Assembly (NCBI GenBank): GCA_030693235.1
Contig: JAUYBE010000006.1
Location: 71,189 to 135,188, forward strand
Direction of reading: 5' to 3'
Source: a bacterium
Lineage (GTDB): Bacteria > Patescibacteriota > Minisyncoccia > UBA6257 > UBA9933
Length of the DNA: 64,000 bases
A program made the position numbers and the translations under genes. The notes beneath the pieces were generated by a model. It saw only the letters and a program-made list of their open reading frames with translations, was not told where the DNA came from and made no database searches. Below, piece after piece: positions 55,766-64,000 of the stretch; position 1 is the stretch's first letter; each line of letters opens with the position of its first letter.

Positions 55766-55860
55766 CTTGCCGGTTTTTTATTTTTTTAAAATATGTTATT
55801 ATTCAACAAAAGGTCGATTTGCTAATTGTTATATTATTATAATAATAATATAATAAAACT

Positions 55861-56298
55861 ATGTTTAATATCAAATTCAACATCAATAAAATTTTACTTG
55901 CCATTGTTATTATTTTATTGATTGCCTTAGGGGCTGTTGTTTATTGGCAAAGAAGCGGTTTTGAAAAATCTTATTGGGCGGTTTATTTGGATACCGGCGA
56001 TCTTTATTTCGGAAAATTAAGCAGTTTCCCGAAGTTGTCGCTTAGCGATGTTTGGTTTCTCCAAAGAAATCCTCAAGATACTCAAAATCCTTTAAGTTTG
56101 ACGAAATTTGGAAATGCTTTTTGGGGACCGGAAGATAAAATTTATCTCAACGAAAAAAGCGTTGCTTGGAAGACTAAATTAAGAGAAGACAGCCAGGTTG
56201 TCCAATTTATCAAAAATCCTCAAACTGTCCAGCCGCAAACTCAATCGCAAACCCAGCCGCCAATTCAAGAGTCGACAATAACCCCTTCAACTCAGTAA
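55861..56298 (+). CDS. Hypothetical membrane-anchored protein with a Gln/Pro-rich C-terminus
   Basis: ORF track entry. N-terminal TM LLAIVIILLIALGAVVYW. Confidence 0.4.
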   Translation: MFNIKFNINKILLAIVIILLIALGAVVYWQRSGFEKSYWAVYLDTGDLYFGKLSSFPKLSLSDVWFLQRNPQDTQNPLSLTKFGNAFWGPEDKIYLNEKSVAWKTKLREDSQVVQFIKNPQTVQPQTQSQTQPPIQESTITPSTQ

Positions 56299-56307
56299 AT
56301 AAAAAAT

Positions 56308-56745
56308 ATGCCAAAAATTAAAGCCGCCGCCACTCTGCCTGTTGTTCTTTTGATTGGCGGGTTAATAGTGGAAATCGGGATCGCCGGCGCTTTTATGGCA
56401 TACTATTTGGCTCAGAGCGGTTTGGGAGTAAAATTATCAGAAGAAGCTTTAGCAGCGGGCCGCGCCGGAATTCAGGACGCTAAGATAAGAATTGTCCGGA
56501 ATAAAAGTTTTGCTCCCAGCCCAAATCCTTATACTTTAACCGTTGGCAATCGGATGGCTCAGATTACGGTTTGTAAAGAATTGAAAACTGTTTCCACTGC
56601 TTGCGATACGGCAATGACCGGCAAATACGAAATTACTTCTTTGGGCATGGCTTTAACTAAGCGCCGTCAAGTCCAGTCAATAATTTCCGTGGACAGTCTT
56701 ACCGGAGAAGTAAAAATAGAATCGGAAAAAGAAATCGCAATATGA
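56308..56745 (+). CDS. Hypothetical membrane-anchored protein, possibly a pseudopilin-like minor pilin
   Basis: N-terminal hydrophobic helix LPVVLLIGGLIVEIGIAGAFMAYYL. Sits upstream of pilM-like gene. Confidence 0.35.
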   Translation: MPKIKAAATLPVVLLIGGLIVEIGIAGAFMAYYLAQSGLGVKLSEEALAAGRAGIQDAKIRIVRNKSFAPSPNPYTLTVGNRMAQITVCKELKTVSTACDTAMTGKYEITSLGMALTKRRQVQSIISVDSLTGEVKIESEKEIAI

Positions 56746-58238
56746 AGATTAAAAAAATATTAAATATTTTGAATCCTCAGCCGCAGATCGGCGGATTGGA
56801 AATAAGCGATTCCGAATTGCGTTTTTTTCTTGTTAAAGGAAAAAGTTTTGTTTTGGCGTCGGTAAAGCTGCCTGACAAAAACAATCTTAAAACCGCTCTT
56901 TTCAAACTTCATTCCCAAATTGTTTCAAAATTAAAGAAAAAAATTTATGTCGTCTTAAGCATTCCGGATGTTAACGCTTACGTTCAGGTTTTTAATTTGC
57001 CGATGATGGCAGCTGAAAATTTTGACGAAGCGGCAAAATTGAATCTTCAAATGATTACGCCGACCGATTTTTCCGGCGTTTACGCTGACTGGCAGAAAGT
57101 CGGGGAAGTTAAAATTGACGGTGGACAATTTGAAATTTTAGGCGCGTTTGCCCAGCGTCAGATTATTGACGAATTCGTTGAATGCCTGAAAGAAACAAAT
57201 TTTGTCGTAACGGCGGTAGAGTTTTCAAGTTTGGCCGCCAGCCGATTGATTTCCGGATTGAAAAACGCGAGTGAAACGTGTCTTTTATTGCGCTTGGACG
57301 CCGGCGGTTTAAGTTTCAGTCTTATTAAAAATTATAATTTATATTTTAATCATTTTGTCCCATGGCCGGTATCGGAAGAGCGGCAGATTTCCATGGATGC
57401 TTTAAAAGATTTGATTATCAGGGAGACTCAAAAAGTTTTAAATTTTTCAAACAAGCATTGGCCCGAAGCGGTTTTTAACAATATGCTGTTGATTGCCCCG
57501 GCTTTGGAGGAAAAAATTTCCCAAATTATCGCGGAAAATTTTTCGCTTTCGGTCCAAAAAATAACCTTGCCGCCAGAATTAATAAGTCCTGACGGTCAAT
57601 GGTCAATAGTTAACAGCCGATTGCCGTCATTAACTTCCGATTGGTTCAGCGTATTGGGTTCGGCCGCCAGAGGATTAATACCCCGCGCCAAAGATATTAT
57701 TATCAGTTTGGCCGGCACCGGCACCGAAGAAGAATTCCGCCAGCACCGGACAATTAATTTTATTAAAATTTGGAGAAACGCCGTTTTAACTTCTTTGTTT
57801 TTTGTTTTAATCGCTTTTATCGCCATTGACGCTTTTCTTGTAAAAACCGTTAATTCTTTGAATAATCAAACGGCGAATTTTATAAATCAGCCGGGACAGG
57901 AAGTGTTTAATAAAATTCAAGAAGAAGCAAAAAATTTTAACGCCAAAATAGAATTGGCGCTTCAGGCGAAAAGCCAGGTTTCCGACCAGACTCTTTTGCT
58001 TGAAAAAATAAAAAATTTGGCCGGCCAAGATATTGCGATTGACAGAATTTTTATTCAATCGCCGGATTTGCCGATTTTATTCAATGGCCTGGCCGTCAGC
58101 GAAAAAGCGATAATTGATTTTAAAACCGCGCTGGAAAAAAGTTCTGAATTCAAAGAAATCAATTTTCAACTGTCCAGCATTGCTTCAGCTTCCGGCGGTT
58201 TATTTAATTTTAGTATTACGTTTAAATATCACCAATAA
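56742..58238 (+). CDS. Type IV pilus assembly PilM-like (actin-fold) protein fused to a PilN-like TM/periplasmic segment
   Basis: N-terminal actin-like ATPase fold pattern (GLEISDSELRF..., GGLSFSLI). A C-terminal single TM WRNAVLTSLFFVLIAFIAIDAFLV is followed by a coiled-coil. Confidence 0.55.
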   Translation: MKIKKILNILNPQPQIGGLEISDSELRFFLVKGKSFVLASVKLPDKNNLKTALFKLHSQIVSKLKKKIYVVLSIPDVNAYVQVFNLPMMAAENFDEAAKLNLQMITPTDFSGVYADWQKVGEVKIDGGQFEILGAFAQRQIIDEFVECLKETNFVVTAVEFSSLAASRLISGLKNASETCLLLRLDAGGLSFSLIKNYNLYFNHFVPWPVSEERQISMDALKDLIIRETQKVLNFSNKHWPEAVFNNMLLIAPALEEKISQIIAENFSLSVQKITLPPELISPDGQWSIVNSRLPSLTSDWFSVLGSAARGLIPRAKDIIISLAGTGTEEEFRQHRTINFIKIWRNAVLTSLFFVLIAFIAIDAFLVKTVNSLNNQTANFINQPGQEVFNKIQEEAKNFNAKIELALQAKSQVSDQTLLLEKIKNLAGQDIAIDRIFIQSPDLPILFNGLAVSEKAIIDFKTALEKSSEFKEINFQLSSIASASGGLFNFSITFKYHQ

Positions 58239-58252
58239 TTCAGAATTCAATA

Positions 58253-60715
58253 ATGTTCAACCATCGAAAAATTGAAAAAAAATGGCAAAAAATTTGGGAG
58301 AAGAATAAGTTTTATCAAGCAGAAGATTTTTCAAAAAAACCTAAATATTATTGTCTTATAGAATTTCCTTATCCTTCGGGCGATGGGCTGCATGTTGGGC
58401 ATACGAGGAGCCTTACTGCTATGGATGTAATCGCCAGAAAGCGCCGAATGGAAGGATATAATGTCCTTTATCCGATTGGTTGGGACGCGTTCGGTTTGCC
58501 GACCGAGAATTATGCTATTAAGACGGGCATTCATCCGAAAGTCGTAACAAAAAAAAATACAGATATTTTCAGACGCCAACTTAAATCGCTTGGTTTTTCT
58601 TTTGATTGGAGCAGGGAAATAAACACCACTGACCCGGAGTATTATAAATGGACCCAGTGGATATTTTTACAATTTTATAAAAAAGGATTGGCTTATAAAA
58701 AGAAAATGCCGATTAACTGGTGTCTTTCCTGTAAAATCGGTTTGGCGAATGAGGAGGTTGTTGATGGTAAATGCGAACGGTGCGGCGGAGAAACCGAAAA
58801 AAGAGAAAAAGAACAATGGATGTTGGCGATAACAAAATATGCCGACAGATTATTAAAGGATTTGGATAAAGTTGATTATCTTGAAAAAATAAAAATTCAG
58901 CAGAGAAATTGGATAGGACAATCTCAGGGCGCTGAGATTGAATTCAAAATTAAGAATTCAGAATTTAGAATTAACGTATTCACAACGCGACTGGATACGA
59001 TTTTCGGTTGTACTTATTTAGTGGTTGCGCCGGAGCATCTGTTAATTAAGAATTTAGAATCTAGAATTAAGAATTTAGGAGAAGTAAAAAAATATATTGA
59101 ACAATCAAAAAAGAAATCCGATTTACAAAGGACAGATTTGGCGAAAGATAAAACAGGGTTTGAATTGGAGGGAATTAAGGCGGTTAATCCTTTCAATAAT
59201 CAAGAAGTGACGGTTTTTGTCACGGATTATGTTTTGGGCAGCTATGGTACGGGAGCGATTATGGCGGTTCCGGCGCATGATGAACGGGATTGGGATTTTG
59301 CCAAGAAATATAAACTTCCAATCAGAAAAGTAATTTTACCAAAACCATTACTATCAATTGCGCGCAATGCCAACGATGTCGCTATCGGGGCTCGAAGTTT
59401 TTTGAGGGTAGAGGCAGAATGTTTTATAGGAGATGGAGAATTAGTTGATTCCGGCCAGTTTACCGGATTAACTTCGGAAAAAGCCCGCGTAGAAATGGTG
59501 AAATGGCTTGAGAAAAATAAATTCGGTAAAAAAACAATTCAGTACAAACTTCGCGATTGGATTTTTTCCAGACAGCATTATTGGGGCGAGCCGATTCCCA
59601 TTATTCATTGCGATAAGTGCGGTGAAGTTTCGGTTCCGGAAAATGACTTACCGGTTAAATTGCCGGATGTGAAAAAATATGAGCCGACAGACACGGGCGA
59701 ATCGCCTTTGGTGAATATTAAAAAATGGGTGAACGTAAAATGTCCGAAATGCAAAGGCCAAGCGAAAAGAGAAACCGATACAATGCCAAATTGGGCTGGT
59801 TCGTCTTGGTATTTTTTGCGCTACACTGACTCAAAAAATAAAAAGTTTTTGGCAGATGAGAGAAAATTAAAATATTGGACGCCTGTTGACTGGTACAACG
59901 GCGGAATGGAACATACCACGCTTCATCTTTTATATTCCCGTTTTTGGAATAAGTTTCTTTATGATATTGGAGTTATTCCGACAAGCGAACCGTATAAAAA
60001 AAGAACATCCCACGGAATGATTTTGGGCGAGGATGGCGAAAAAATGTCAAAATCAAAAGGTAATGTTGTTAATCCCGATGATGTAGTTGTTAATTTTGGC
60101 GCCGACGCTTTTCGACTGTATCAGATGTTTATAGGGCCGTTTGACCAGGCGATTCCTTGGGATTCACGCGGCATAGAAGGGACAAAGCGGTTTCTTGGAA
60201 AAGTTTGGAATCTGCAGAATAGAATTGTGAATCATGAATCAGGAATTATGGATAAAAAAATTGAATCGCTTTTGCATAAGACCATTAAAAAAGTCGGCGA
60301 TGACATTGAAAAAATGAGATTTAATACGGCTGTTTCCACATTGATGATTTTAGCGAATGAATTAGAAAAAGAAAAAGAGATTTCCCTAATTCATTATTCC
60401 AAATTCCTAATTTTATTAAGCCCGTTCGCGCCTTTTGTCGCGGAAGAGCTTTGGGAGAAACTTAGCAATAAAAAATCCATTCATTTAGAATCTTGGCCGA
60501 AATACAATCCAAAACTGATAAAAGAAGAAAAATTTGAACTGGTGATTCAGATTAACGGTAAAATTCGGGATAAAGTTTTGGTTGAAATAGGCATTGTTCA
60601 AAAAGAAGCCGAAGAGATAGTTTTAAAGTTGGAAAAAATAAAGAAATTGATCGCCGGCCGGAAAATAAAAAAAATTATTTACGTTCAGGACAGACTAATT
60701 AATATCGTCGTCTAA
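58253..60715 (+). CDS. leuS: Leucyl-tRNA synthetase
   Basis: HIGH sequence FPYPSGDGLHVGHTRS. KMSKS sequence KMSKSKGNVV. Zinc knuckles CxxC are present. Confidence 0.95.
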   Translation: MFNHRKIEKKWQKIWEKNKFYQAEDFSKKPKYYCLIEFPYPSGDGLHVGHTRSLTAMDVIARKRRMEGYNVLYPIGWDAFGLPTENYAIKTGIHPKVVTKKNTDIFRRQLKSLGFSFDWSREINTTDPEYYKWTQWIFLQFYKKGLAYKKKMPINWCLSCKIGLANEEVVDGKCERCGGETEKREKEQWMLAITKYADRLLKDLDKVDYLEKIKIQQRNWIGQSQGAEIEFKIKNSEFRINVFTTRLDTIFGCTYLVVAPEHLLIKNLESRIKNLGEVKKYIEQSKKKSDLQRTDLAKDKTGFELEGIKAVNPFNNQEVTVFVTDYVLGSYGTGAIMAVPAHDERDWDFAKKYKLPIRKVILPKPLLSIARNANDVAIGARSFLRVEAECFIGDGELVDSGQFTGLTSEKARVEMVKWLEKNKFGKKTIQYKLRDWIFSRQHYWGEPIPIIHCDKCGEVSVPENDLPVKLPDVKKYEPTDTGESPLVNIKKWVNVKCPKCKGQAKRETDTMPNWAGSSWYFLRYTDSKNKKFLADERKLKYWTPVDWYNGGMEHTTLHLLYSRFWNKFLYDIGVIPTSEPYKKRTSHGMILGEDGEKMSKSKGNVVNPDDVVVNFGADAFRLYQMFIGPFDQAIPWDSRGIEGTKRFLGKVWNLQNRIVNHESGIMDKKIESLLHKTIKKVGDDIEKMRFNTAVSTLMILANELEKEKEISLIHYSKFLILLSPFAPFVAEELWEKLSNKKSIHLESWPKYNPKLIKEEKFELVIQINGKIRDKVLVEIGIVQKEAEEIVLKLEKIKKLIAGRKIKKIIYVQDRLINIVV

Positions 60716-60716
60716 A

Positions 60717-60965
60717 ATGCCGAATTTTATCAAAATAATTTTATTTTTGATAGTTGCCGCCGGAATAGGAATTTATTTTTTCGTTCAGTCGCCGGAGATT
60801 TTTAAAATGCCGTCTTTTGAAAGCGGTGTTTTGAAAAAAATTTTTCCGCAACCGTTCGCGCCTAAAACAAATTCATACGCTCCGTCGTATCCGCCTTCGT
60901 ATTTATATTCGCCGACTTTTCCAATCGTGCCCGCCGTTCCCGCTCCGACAATTTCCGGCGAATAG
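60717..60965 (+). CDS. Hypothetical Pro-rich membrane-anchored peptide. It is first of three ORFs in one reading frame separated only by single stop codons
   Basis: ORF track entry. TM IKIILFLIVAAGIGIYFFV. A TAG stop is immediately followed by the ATG of the next ORF in the same frame. Confidence 0.4.
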   Translation: MPNFIKIILFLIVAAGIGIYFFVQSPEIFKMPSFESGVLKKIFPQPFAPKTNSYAPSYPPSYLYSPTFPIVPAVPAPTISGE

Positions 60966-61172
60966 ATGATTCCCGATTATTTAATTCCTTCCGGATTAAC
61001 CCGGGAACAGCTTTCTCCTTATTTCAAGAAAGTGAAAATTTTTTCAGCGTACGTCTCTTCTTGGTCTATCACGCCTTCGCAAATCAGCCTTTCTTCTTCG
61101 CTTAAAGGAGAAACAATTAATATCACCGGTTGGAAAATCAAAAGCAACCGCCGGGAAATTATTATTCTTTAA
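60966..61172 (+). CDS. Hypothetical protein (second in-frame segment)
   Basis: ORF track entry in the same frame as 60717..60965. It ends with TAA, followed by 27 nt with no stop before a TTG start. Confidence 0.35.
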   Translation: MIPDYLIPSGLTREQLSPYFKKVKIFSAYVSSWSITPSQISLSSSLKGETINITGWKIKSNRREIIIL

Positions 61173-61199
61173 GCGGTTAATATTTACGAACCCTCTGGC

Positions 61200-61664
61200 T
61201 TGGCGCCGCAGGAAAATATTATTATTTCAGGGAATAGTGTGATAAATATCTATAGCAATAAAAGTCCGTTTAACAGAAATTTGCGGCTTAACAAATGCAT
61301 TGGTTATTTGGAAGAAAATTATGATTTTAATTCAGCATTGCCCCAAAATTGTCCATCAATTCCTCGTTCAGAATTTGCTCATCTTTCGGGCCAGTGTCAA
61401 TCCTATATTCTGTCTTTGTGGGGGTGTAAATTACCGGATGTTTCTTTTTATAATTTTCTGCCGGGAACTGATGAGGGCAATGCCTGCCGGCAGTTTTTAA
61501 ATACCATTAGCCATGGTTCTTGTTATCGAAAACATCGATATGATCTTGATTTTTTATCAAATGAATGGCGGGTTTGGATTGATTATGATATTTTAGACAA
61601 ATATCACGACCGACTTCGGCTTTTGGATAAAAATGGATTATTGGTAGACGAGTATATTTATTAG
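61200..61664 (+). CDS. Hypothetical Cys-rich protein (third in-frame segment, TTG start)
   Basis: ORF track entry. Eight Cys in 154 aa; no known motif. Confidence 0.4.
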   Translation: MAPQENIIISGNSVINIYSNKSPFNRNLRLNKCIGYLEENYDFNSALPQNCPSIPRSEFAHLSGQCQSYILSLWGCKLPDVSFYNFLPGTDEGNACRQFLNTISHGSCYRKHRYDLDFLSNEWRVWIDYDILDKYHDRLRLLDKNGLLVDEYIY

Positions 61665-61762
61665 TCTTTTTTTATTTTTTACTTTATCAACTTTTTATGC
61701 GATCGCAAATGGATTGCTAAAGTAAAAAATCTGTAAATCTGTATTTGCAAAATTTCAACTGG

Positions 61763-61850
61763 CGGAAGGGGTGGGATTCGAACCCACGGGCTCCTTGCGG
61801 AGCAAACGGTTTTCGAGACCGTCCCGTTATGACCACTTCGGTACCCTTCC
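61763..61850 (-). tRNA. tRNA-Ser (CGA), long variable arm
   Basis: Manual fold: acceptor ggaaggg/cccttcc. Anticodon stem acggt/accgt with loop ctCGAaa. Extra arm tgctccgcaaggagc. Confidence 0.7.
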
Positions 61851-61875
61851 TTATTATTTGTACATTTTTTGAATG

Positions 61876-61947
61876 TGCCCTCGCGAGGAATCGAACCTCG
61901 ATTTGAGATTTAGGAAATCCCTGTCCTATCCGTTGAACGACAAGGGC
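61876..61947 (-). tRNA. tRNA-Arg (CCT)
   Basis: Manual fold: acceptor gcccttg/cgagggc. Anticodon stem gggat/atctc with loop ttCCTaa. T-arm cgagg-ttcgatt-cctcg. Confidence 0.7.
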
Positions 61948-62003
61948 TATTTTAACTTATAGCTTATATCTTTTAGTTAAAATTTACAAGAAAAGTTTTA
62001 TTA

Positions 62004-62723
62004 TTGAACATTGAATTATTCTATGGTACAATTATTTTAATGAAATCAAATTTTTATCATTTTAAAAACAAAGCGATAAAATTGCGGAAATCTGGAAAAA
62101 CATATGGAGAGATTAAGCGTATTTTAAATATTAGTATTTCTAAAAGTACTTTGTCTTATTGGTTTAAAAATATAAATTTAACTTTAAAACAAAAACAAAT
62201 TATTCAAAAAAGAATTAAAAATAATATTGAAAGGGCGCAAAAACTATCGCTAATTAAAAATAAAATAAAAAGAAATCTATATCTGAATTCAATAGATGAT
62301 CGCATTTTTCATCTAAAAAAATTTATTGAAAATAAAGATATTTCTAAAATTGCTCTGGCTATGCTATATTTAGCAGAAGGACGGAAAAAAAATACAGGAT
62401 CATTAATGTTCGGTAATTCAAATCAGGATATTATTAATTTATTTTTTTATTTATTGAGATATTGTTATAATATTGATGAAAAAAAATTTCGTTGCACTGT
62501 TCAATGTAGAGCCGATCAAGATATGCAAAGATTAGAAAAATATTGGTCTAAAATTACTAAAGTGTCGTTAAAGCAATTCTATAAGTCACGGATAGATCCG
62601 CGAACCATTGGAAAACCATCTAAAAAACTTGACTACAAAGGTGTTTGCCGTGTGGATTATTTTTCATCAGATATAGATATTGAATTAAAAAAAATTGCTA
62701 AAATAATATATGAGGGCCTGTAG
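62004..62723 (+). CDS. Hypothetical very AT-rich protein with an N-terminal HTH-like segment. It may be a degenerate homing-endonuclease or mobile-element-derived gene, and its stop lies inside tRNA-Ala
   Basis: HTH-like sequence KSGKTYGEIKRILNISISKSTLSYWFKN. A LAMLYLAEGRKK segment weakly recalls a LAGLIDADG helix. The 3' end overlaps the tRNA-Ala 5' end by 10 nt. Confidence 0.45.
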   Translation: MNIELFYGTIILMKSNFYHFKNKAIKLRKSGKTYGEIKRILNISISKSTLSYWFKNINLTLKQKQIIQKRIKNNIERAQKLSLIKNKIKRNLYLNSIDDRIFHLKKFIENKDISKIALAMLYLAEGRKKNTGSLMFGNSNQDIINLFFYLLRYCYNIDEKKFRCTVQCRADQDMQRLEKYWSKITKVSLKQFYKSRIDPRTIGKPSKKLDYKGVCRVDYFSSDIDIELKKIAKIIYEGL

Positions 62724-62785
62724 CTTAGAGGAAAAGCGTTAGTATGGCATACTAAAGATCGCGGGTTCGAGTCCCGCCAGGTCCA
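62714..62785 (+). tRNA. tRNA-Ala (GGC)
   Basis: Manual fold: acceptor gggcctg/caggtcc with the G3-U70 Ala identity pair. Anticodon stem ttagt/actaa with loop atGGCat. Confidence 0.75.
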
Positions 62786-62846
62786 CAAAAGACGATTTTC
62801 TCGTTCTTTAATAATTTAAAATAAATAATTCGCAAGGAGGTGAATT

Positions 62847-63938
62847 ATGTCATCTATTTTGACTAAACCGCTTAAAATTGGCGATATAATCGCCAAATTG
62901 CCCATTGTTCAGGGAGGAATGTCCGTAGGAATCTCTTTATCAGGGTTGTCAGCGGCTATTGCTAATGAAGACGGTATTGGAACTATCGGAACGGCCGATA
63001 TCGGAATGAATGAGCCGGATTTTTATTCAAATTTTCTCGAAGCGAATATTCGCGCGCTAAGAAATGAGATTAGAAAAGCCAGAGAATTAACTAAAGGAAT
63101 AATTGGTGTCAATATTATGGTAGCGCTTACCAACTTTGCCGATCTGGTAAGAACTGCTGTCGAAGAAAAGATAGACATAATTTTTTCCGGAGCCGGACTG
63201 CCGCTAAATCTTCCTGAATTTTTGCAAGGCGCTACGAAAACAAAGTTGGTGCCGATTGTTTCATCCGGGAGGGCAGCTGGGATAATCGCGAAAAAATGGT
63301 CAGAAAAATACAACCGTCTCCCTGACGCTATTGTTGTAGAGGGGCCGCTGGCAGGAGGACATCTCGGTTTTAAAGAACAGATGATTGACGACCCGGAGTA
63401 TTCATTGGAAAAACTTATTCCCGAAGTGATTCAAGTAATGAAACCATTTGAAGAAAAATATGGAAAACCAATTCCGGTAATCGCGGCTGGCGGAATCTAT
63501 ACCGGAGCGGATATTTTTCGGTTTATCCAATTAGGCGCGGCGGGCGGGCAAATGGCAACGAGATTTGTTACCACTCACGAATGTGACGCGAATATCAGAT
63601 TTAAACAAGCATATCTGAATGCCAAAGAATCTGATATAATAATTATCAAAAGTCCGGTGGGGCTTCCTGGAAGAGCAATCAAAAATAAATTTCTTGATGA
63701 AGTGAGTCAGGGGAAAAGGAAACCTTTTAAGTGCCCTTATCACTGCTTAAAAACATGCGCATTAGAAAAAAGTCCCTATTGCATTTCTTATGCTTTAATA
63801 AACGCGAAAAAAGGAAACCTTAACCATGGCTTCGCCTTTTGCGGATCAAATGCCTGGAGAGCAGAGAAAATAATTTCCGTGAAGGAATTAATAGAAACTC
63901 TTCAGAAGGAGTATGAGATTGTTTCTCGGGGAAAGTAA
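62847..63938 (+). CDS. NAD(P)H-dependent flavin oxidoreductase of the nitronate monooxygenase / FabK enoyl-ACP reductase II family
   Basis: SD ggagg lies 8 nt upstream. N-terminal IVQGGMSVGIS...GIGTIG and TIM-barrel FMN-binding pattern GAAGG. Confidence 0.7.
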   Translation: MSSILTKPLKIGDIIAKLPIVQGGMSVGISLSGLSAAIANEDGIGTIGTADIGMNEPDFYSNFLEANIRALRNEIRKARELTKGIIGVNIMVALTNFADLVRTAVEEKIDIIFSGAGLPLNLPEFLQGATKTKLVPIVSSGRAAGIIAKKWSEKYNRLPDAIVVEGPLAGGHLGFKEQMIDDPEYSLEKLIPEVIQVMKPFEEKYGKPIPVIAAGGIYTGADIFRFIQLGAAGGQMATRFVTTHECDANIRFKQAYLNAKESDIIIIKSPVGLPGRAIKNKFLDEVSQGKRKPFKCPYHCLKTCALEKSPYCISYALINAKKGNLNHGFAFCGSNAWRAEKIISVKELIETLQKEYEIVSRGK

Positions 63939-64000
63939 TAAGATTGATTTTTTTAATTGGCCTGTTGCAAATTCTGCGACAGGCCAAAATTTTTTATTGA

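Overview
This 64 kb window is AT-rich and reads like a streamlined Patescibacteria/CPR-type genome: genes are small and tightly packed, pilin-like genes are present, and ribosomal/dcw synteny is fragmented. The standard genetic code is in use, since conserved genes end in TGA.

The housekeeping backbone includes secA, hpf, recG, fba, the rplY-infA-rpmJ-rpsM-rpsK block, rnc, smc, rpsP, trmD, rpsB-tsf, rpmG, rplJ-rplL, and the mraZ-rsmH-ftsL-ftsI-murF cluster. It continues with rplU, recR, lepA, pgk, rnhA, an RNase P RNA and leuS.

An rRNA locus sits on the minus strand in the order tRNA-Arg, tRNA-Phe, tRNA-His, 23S, 5S, with no 16S. Its 23S rRNA carries a group I intron of about 700 nt that encodes a LAGLIDADG homing endonuclease, plus a repeat-built expansion segment. 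Nineteen tRNAs are annotated, along with two 5'-truncated tRNA fragments.

Two things stand out:

1. A tightly coupled type I restriction-modification operon reads radC-hsdM-X-hsdS-Y-hsdR. Two uncharacterised genes are embedded in it with overlapping stop/start codons. Y carries a PD-(D/E)xK-like nuclease motif. A RhuM-Fic gene and a tRNA cluster lie immediately upstream.

2. At least ten families of short palindromic or tandem repeat elements are scattered through the window. Many sit in frame inside conserved essential genes: pgk carries at least six, and rnhA, trmD, lepA, rsmH, recG, secA, smc, murF, recR and ftsI are also hit. Identical inserted peptides recur in unrelated proteins, resembling Rickettsia RPE-type elements that invade coding sequence.

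Smaller observations:
- a (GA)14 microsatellite in a pilin leader
- a GIY-YIG gene flanked by inverted repeats, with a solo copy beside rnpB
- an HNH endonuclease gene
- three same-frame ORFs separated only by single stop codons
- an AT-rich HTH gene overlapping tRNA-Ala
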